Shown here piece by piece: positions 57,336-64,000 of a stretch of DNA of 64,000 nucleotides. The notes beneath the pieces are model-generated. The model was given only the letters and a program-made list of their open reading frames with translations, was not told the DNA's origin and ran no database searches. The position numbers were made by a program, and so were the translations under genes. How positions within the stretch are numbered: position 1 is the stretch's first letter; each line of letters opens with the position of its first letter. The stretch is taken from contig OZ024755.1 of assembly GCA_964016885.1 (NCBI GenBank), positions 1,798,001 through 1,862,000 on the forward strand, written 5' to 3'. This DNA comes from Eledone cirrhosa (taxonomy: Eukaryota).

Positions 57336-57462
57336 TGTATATGTGTATGTTACATGTATGTATGTCTGTACATATATATATACTTTATATAGAAAAGTGA
57401 TATCAAAATGTCTGTGTATTCATGTATGTTTATACATATACACACTCATGTTCTATGTATCT

Positions 57463-57498
<36 letters not shown>

Positions 57499-59364
57499 GT
57501 CTCTCTCTCTATATATATAGATAGATAGATATAAGCATGGAGAAATGGCTGTAAAAAGGGTGACGATGGTAATACGGACGAGAGAGGACATCTATTTCAC
57601 ATGCAGTCAGGTCATTGACTTCAATTGAACAGAAATAGAGTCCAACTATTTAAGAATGGTAGTTGTTGGTGTTGAACACTTCTCATGAAAGTGTTTATAG
57701 TTTAGAAGTTTAGAACTTGTGACTTCGGAGTTGTATACTAGTTTTAACTTATCTTGAGAGGCTCTTATAGCACTCATAACATTTTTCTTCTTTTTCTTAA
57801 AATAAAAACCTAGTAACTACATCATGTGACTGGGGGTCCTTATCTTTAAAACATCAGAGAAAGGTCCACTGAGATGCAATGTCCAGCTAAACCTACATAA
57901 GTGTGAGCTACAACAACTTGATAGGAGTAAGAACTCATTAAAACACCCATGAAACCTCTTTTCCTTTTCAAAATAAAAACGACTTATGACCCAGACATTA
58001 AAGCATGTGAGTGTGTGTATATATTTATGAGTGTATACTTATGTCCATGTGTGTATATATATATATGTATATGTGTGTATATATATGTATATGTGTACAT
58101 ATCCATATGTGTGTATATATATGTTTTCATTGCTTTATGAAACTAATCCACTTGATACAACATTAAGTAACTTAAACTGGAAAGTTATATAAAACTCACA
58201 TTTTTTAATATGACTATACATGTTTGTTTTAAAAAGTATTAGACTCAAATAAATACATAGCTTAGCAATATTTTATATCATTTTATTATTGTATATTATT
58301 TTATTATATTTATGTTATTATTCTTGGGGTTAAATTAAAAACATATGGTCTGTGACATTGTTTCAGTAAAATACATACATATACTATATATATATATATA
58401 GTATATGTATATATATATATACATACATGCGTCCATCTATATGTGTGCTCACATACAGTCATGGTTCTATTTCCTTACTCTCTTCCATTCTCTTCACACA
58501 TCTTTTCACCTGTTTCTATAAACAGTTTGGATGATACAACATATTTTCACACCTACAATTTCACCTAGAACTTTCTGTGAACTCTTATTTTAATATAATG
58601 TTTATAAGGTTTCATAGTATTCCATGGCTACCAATAAATGTTTCAAAGATAGTTTTGCTCCTTTATGAACATTATTCATTTAAACATCAATTCTTTGGGG
58701 AAATTGCTTTCCCCACTTCAATTAAACAGCAACAGTGGCTATCGATTGACCAAATAACTATTTTTCTTAAATATGTTTAGAAATGTTAAATACCCATTAA
58801 ATCTAATTTTTTTATAAAGTTATTTTTTTAAATTAAAAACATTGTCTTTGATTTTCGAATAATTTTGAAAACAATCAAGAATTTGGAGGAATTTAGTAAT
58901 ATAGCTACGTTATGTTCAGAACATAGGTTCTTATATAAAGCTATCACCCTCTTCACCAATAACACCATCACTGCCACTACCAATATCATTACCACCACTG
59001 TCACCCTCACTACCACTGTCTCTACCGTTGCCACTCCAAAATGTCCCCAATAGTACTAACTCAGATTAGAGAAGGTGCCACTTTCTTGGAAGACAGTTTC
59101 TTTTATGCTTAGTTTTCATGTTAAATACAGTTCTGACTGTTTCTGTCTGTGTTTGGATTTATATATGTATGTGTGTTGTGTTATGTGTATTTGTTGTGAT
59201 TTTAATGTGTTGTGTGTGTATATTTATATGTGGATTGTGTGTGTTTGTGTGTATATTTATATGTGGATTGTGTGTGTAAGTGTGTTGTGCTATGTGTATT
59301 GTGAATTGAATGTGTATGTATGCATGAGTGTGTTATGTAAACCACCAGACTGTATGTATGTGTA

Positions 59365-60765
59365 TGTGTTATATACACCAGCAGGCTATATATGTATGTG
59401 TGTATGTTATATACACCAACAGGCTATATATGTATGTGTGTATGTTATATACACCAGCAGGCTATATATGTATGTGTATGTGTTATATACACCAGCAGGC
59501 TATATATGTATGTGTGTATGTTATATACACCAGCAGGCTATATATGTATGTGTATGTGTTATATATACCAGCAGGCTATATATGTATGTGTGTATGTTAT
59601 ATATACCAGCAGGCTATATATGTATGTGTGTATGTTATATATACCAGCAGGCTATATATGTATGTGTGTATGTTATATACACCAGCAGGCTATATATGTA
59701 TGTGTGTATGTTATATACACCAGCAGGCTATATATGTATGTGTGTATGTTATATACACCAGCAGGCTATATATGTATGTGTGTATGTTATATATATACCA
59801 GCAGGCTATATATGTATGTGTGTATGTTATATATACCAGCAGGCTATATATGTATGTGTGTATGTTATATATACCAGCAGGCTATATATGTATGTGTGTA
59901 TGTTATATACACCAGCAGGCTATATATGTATGTGTGTATGTTATATATACCAGCAGGCTATATATGTATGTGTGTATGTTATATATACCAGCAGGCTATA
60001 TATGTATGTGTGTATGTTATGTAAACTAGCAGGCTATATATGTATGTGTGTATGTTATTATATATACCAGCAGGCTATATATGTATGTGTGTATGTTATA
60101 TACACCAGCAGGCTATATATGTATGTGTGTATGTTATATATACCAGCAGGCTATATATGTATGTGTGTATGTTATATATACCAGCAGGCTATATATGTAT
60201 GTGTGTATGTTATATACACCAGCAGGCTATATATGTATGTGTGTATGTTATATATACCAGCAGGCTATATATGTATGTGTGTATGTTATATACACCAGCA
60301 GGCTATATATGTATGTGTGTATGTTATATACACCAGCAGGCTATATATGTATGTGTGTATGTTATGTAAACTAGCAGGCTATATATGTATGTGTGTATGT
60401 TATATATACCAGCAGGCTATATATGTATGTGTGTATGTTATTATATATACCAGCAGGCTATATATGTATGTGTGTATGTTATATACACCAGCAGGCTATA
60501 TATGTATGTGTGTATGTTATATATACCAGCAGGCTATATATGTATGTGTGTATGTTATTATATATACTAGCAGGCTATATATGTATGTGTGTATGTTATA
60601 TACACCAGCAGGCTATATATGTATGTGTGTATGTTATGTAAACTAGCAGGCTATATATGTATGTGTGTATGTTATATACACCAGCAGGCTATATATGTAT
60701 GTGTGTATGTTATGTAAACTAGCAGGCTATATATGTATGTGTGTATGTTATATACACCAGCAGGC
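59365..60765. repeat. 38-bp minisatellite, about 37 copies
   Basis: Unit tatata(c/t)accagcaggctatatatgtatgtgtgtatgt. Confidence 0.95.
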
Positions 60766-60914
60766 ATAGATATATCTGATACAATCACACCCGGCAGTCT
60801 TAAACAACAACAACACATAATTCTACAACTGTGGATGTATGTTTGGTGTCTGCTGTCACTGTGTGTGTTTGTGTGTAAAGAGTTCTTTGTGTGTATGTAA
60901 TATGTATGAAATCA

Positions 60915-61160
60915 CAACCACTGCTATCATCTTCACTACCATCACCCCAACCACCACCACCACCACCATCATTACTATCACCCCAACCACCACCACCACC
61001 ATCACCATCATTACTATCACCCCAACCACCACCACCACCATCACCATCATTACCATCACCCCAACCACCACCACCACCACCACCAGCACAATCACCACCA
61101 CCATTACTATCACCCCAACCACCACCACCACCACTATCACTACCATCACCCCAACCAACA
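60915..61160. repeat. (ACC)n-derived repeat
   Basis: atcaccccaaccaccaccacc... higher-order units. Confidence 0.85.
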
Positions 61161-61288
61161 ATATCACTGCCTCTGCTTCTACCATTGCAACCAAAAATGT
61201 TCCCCTCCTCCGCTATCACCACCCCTAATTCTCCAGAGAGGGGTGCTGTTCAGGATATCAACTTTTTTTTTTTCTAAACAACTAAACA

Positions 61289-61302
61289 GTTACCATGGCA
61301 AC
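61289..61302. promoter_or_regulatory. RFX X-box motif
   Basis: GTTACCATGGCAAC fits the consensus GTYNCYATRGNAAC and lies in non-repetitive sequence. A + strand donor cat|GTGAGT is at 61411. Confidence 0.6.
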
Positions 61303-62059
61303 AGACAAAGGTGGAGAATAGTAGGCATCAAAATGGTTTGGGATAATTTTGAGCTGAAGAATTTCTCACATTTTGTCAGACTCTCACCCTGAAATTCTCT
61401 TGAATACCATGTGAGTGTGAGTGTTACCATTATACTAAGGGGTCACTGACACTTCCCATCTTTTTAGAAACACTTACAATACAACTAGGAACTAAAGCAC
61501 AGCACAACCATATGTAAAGGCATTTTATAAATTTATCAAAGCGCTGGGAGTGTTTGAAATTTGAAAATGTGAGTCATTTGCAAAAGATATGTCTTAATAA
61601 TGAAGAAAATTGGGTAAAGGTGAGACTTAGTACTCAATAACATAGTAGAGAGAAATAGTTGACAAAAGCTGAGTCTATATCTTCTGACAGTATTTAAGTG
61701 TTAAGTCTTAAGATCCTGTAAGAACAGGAGAAACTCCCAGAGAAACAGGCCACTGGTTCAATCTTAATAACTCCCTCTCTCTGTATATATAACACTGCCA
61801 CCAGGAATTGAACTCACAATGTTACAATATGTACCAAACACTTTCACCACTTGGTCTTCACGCACACACATACATCACACACAAACACACAGCCACCATA
61901 CAGACCTATTTTCAAAGTTGGTTCCAATTACCAATAGCTACATCTCTTATCAATCATCTCCAGAGATCAAATGTGGTATCATAGATATCTAATCCTCTTT
62001 ATTGTTTGTTTGGTTTTGTCTGTTGATTGGTTAGTCGGTCAGTTTGTTGGTTGGTAGTT

Positions 62060-62163
62060 CGGTCATCTGGCTTTGAGAGAGAGATAAGGGACGGATAGGG
62101 TCAGTTGGTCAGGCGGTATATCTTCCACGCTTACACATACTCTTGAGACCCGAGAGTGCACGT

Positions 62164-62203
<40 letters not shown>

Positions 62204-62380
62204 TTCCTGCCAGTTGGTTTTACCTGTAAAATCTGTAGTGATTCTTTCCTGAGACATTCTAACCACGTATCCATAGTATTGGAGTTGTGATCTCTCAATT
62301 CAGAGATTCTTTCCTGAGACATTCTAACCACATATCCATAGTATCGGAGCTGTGATCTCTCAATTCGAAGGATATACCGA
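62060..62380 (-). mobile_element. RTE LINE 3' fragment with an internal duplication of about 64 bp
   Basis: RIERSQLRYYGYVVRMSQERI...ILQVKPTGRKP (compare QLRW.GHV.RM...RP.GRP). Confidence 0.7.
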
Positions 62381-62827
62381 TAGAGTTTTATGTGGTTACG
62401 TTAGTTTATTTTAGTAAAAGTGAGAAAGCACCATCGTTTACTGTATATAGCCGTAACAGTTAAAACACATGTCATTAGATATGGTGAGTTGATGTTATAA
62501 TCTTGTTTACTTTTATATATTTCAGGAGTGTTTTTATTGTAAGTTGTAACTTCATGGTTGGCAACATTTCAAGCAACAAACATACATGTACACACACACA
62601 TATGTATATTTATATACATGCTTGTATATACATGAACAGAAGCATACACACGTGCTTTTGTGTGTCTATATCTGTATAGATTGGCAGAAATATATACATA
62701 CATACATACATTCACACATATATACATAATCCATCAACTAAAGCTAAAATAACATTGTTCTAAGCTGTAGACACCATTTCACTATATAACATATATCACC
62801 ACTGAATCGTATACAGAGGACACACAT

Positions 62828-63030
62828 ACTACTACTACTACTACTACTACTATTACTACCACTAACACTACCACCACCACCACTACTACCACTAACACTA
62901 CCACCACAACCATTACTACTACTACTACTAGTACCACTAACACTACCACTACTACCACCACCATTACCGCTACTACTACTACTAACACTACTACCACCAC
63001 CACCACTACTACTACCACTACTACTACTGT
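62828..63030. repeat. (ACT/ACC)n microsatellite
   Basis: Triplet repeat. Confidence 0.9.
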
Positions 63031-63116
63031 TATCACCATTATCATTATCTTGGGTGTCTTTAGCAAGATTTGTTCTGTTGCAATCATTTGGAGCATGTTC
63101 CTCCCTGATTTCATTA

Positions 63117-63245
63117 TATCTTTCTCCCTCCTTCACACCAACTTCAGGGGCCCTGATAAAGTGTTAAGGGCTCAGAATATCTTTCTCCCTCCTTCACACC
63201 AACTTCAGGGGCCCTGATAAAGTGTTAAGGGCTCAGAATATCTTT
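63117..63245. repeat. 61-bp perfect tandem duplication
   Basis: tatctttctccctcc...gggctcagaa twice. Confidence 0.9.
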
Positions 63246-63360
63246 TTCCCTAATTGTTTGTGTTGAAGTGTGTGTGTGGTGGGGAGGTTTAGTGGGGGTT
63301 GTGTGGTGATAAGTGAGTTCACAGAATCAGTGAACCATGCCGTAGCAGTGGAAAAAACAG

Positions 63361-63743
63361 AAGGTCTCTCTCTCAAGAGAATGGTGGACCAGCTAGGATA
63401 TAATAAATATTTGGGAACTAAAGGTCTCTCTCTCAAGAGAATGGTGGACCAGCTAGGATATAATAAATATTTGGGAACTAAAGGTCTCTCTCTCAAGAGA
63501 ATGGTGGACCAGCTAGGATATAATAAATATTTGGGAACTAAAGGTCTCTCTCTCAAGAGAATGGTGGACCAGCTAGGATATAATAAATATTTGGGAACTA
63601 AAGGTCTCTCTCTCAAGAGAATGGTGGACCAGCTAGGATATAATAAATATTTGGGAACTAAAGGTCTCTCTCTCAAGAGAATGGTGGACCAGCTAGGATA
63701 TAATAAATATTTGGGAACTAAAGGTCTCTCTCTCAAGAGAATG
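63361..63743. repeat. 60-bp perfect minisatellite, 6.4 copies
   Basis: Unit aaggtctctctctcaagagaatggtggaccagctaggatataataaatatttgggaacta; copies identical. Confidence 0.97.
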
Positions 63744-64000
63744 CTTTCTTTTATATTTTTTAATACAATCTTCAGTTGAAGAACCACAAGTTGATAACGC
63801 AGCACAACAGTGAAAACACAAACCTTAATAGCAACAACACTATCACCATCATTACCAACATCACTATCACAAACATCAATACTTCCATCATCAACACCAA
63901 TACCACAATGATCAATAGTAACATCACAATTATCACCATCTTCCTCATCACATTTTCTCTATCTATCTGTGCTGTTATTAACTGACATCCAATCTGTCCT

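Noticed and set aside
62224-62280. Apparent first exon MDTWLECLRKESLQILQ|GTAAAA on -
   Set aside because: An overlapping frame gives QLRYYGYVVRMSQERI, an RTE LINE remnant.

Overview
AT-rich, repeat-saturated eukaryotic DNA. The mix of SINEs, RTE LINEs and microsatellites suggests a coleoid cephalopod such as octopus (inference, no search run). Most of the window is mini/microsatellite, tRNA-derived SINEs, RTE and CR1 LINE fragments, TTAA-flanked MITEs and a decayed hAT transposase. The very long ORFs in the track are repeat artefacts. Two spliced protein-coding genes, not visible as single ORFs, can be rebuilt by hand. (1) A compact 5-exon + strand gene (21795-23704, 206 aa) encodes a coiled coil, a degenerate UBAN-like motif and a NEMO/optineurin-type CCHC zinc finger. 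(2) A - strand gene of unrecognised family has good exons at 51803-51947, 44532-44639 and 40902-41066 and candidate upstream small exons; a perfect RFX X-box lies upstream at 61289. Several inverted repeat pairs could form dsRNA. No CRISPR, rRNA or true tRNA gene is seen.
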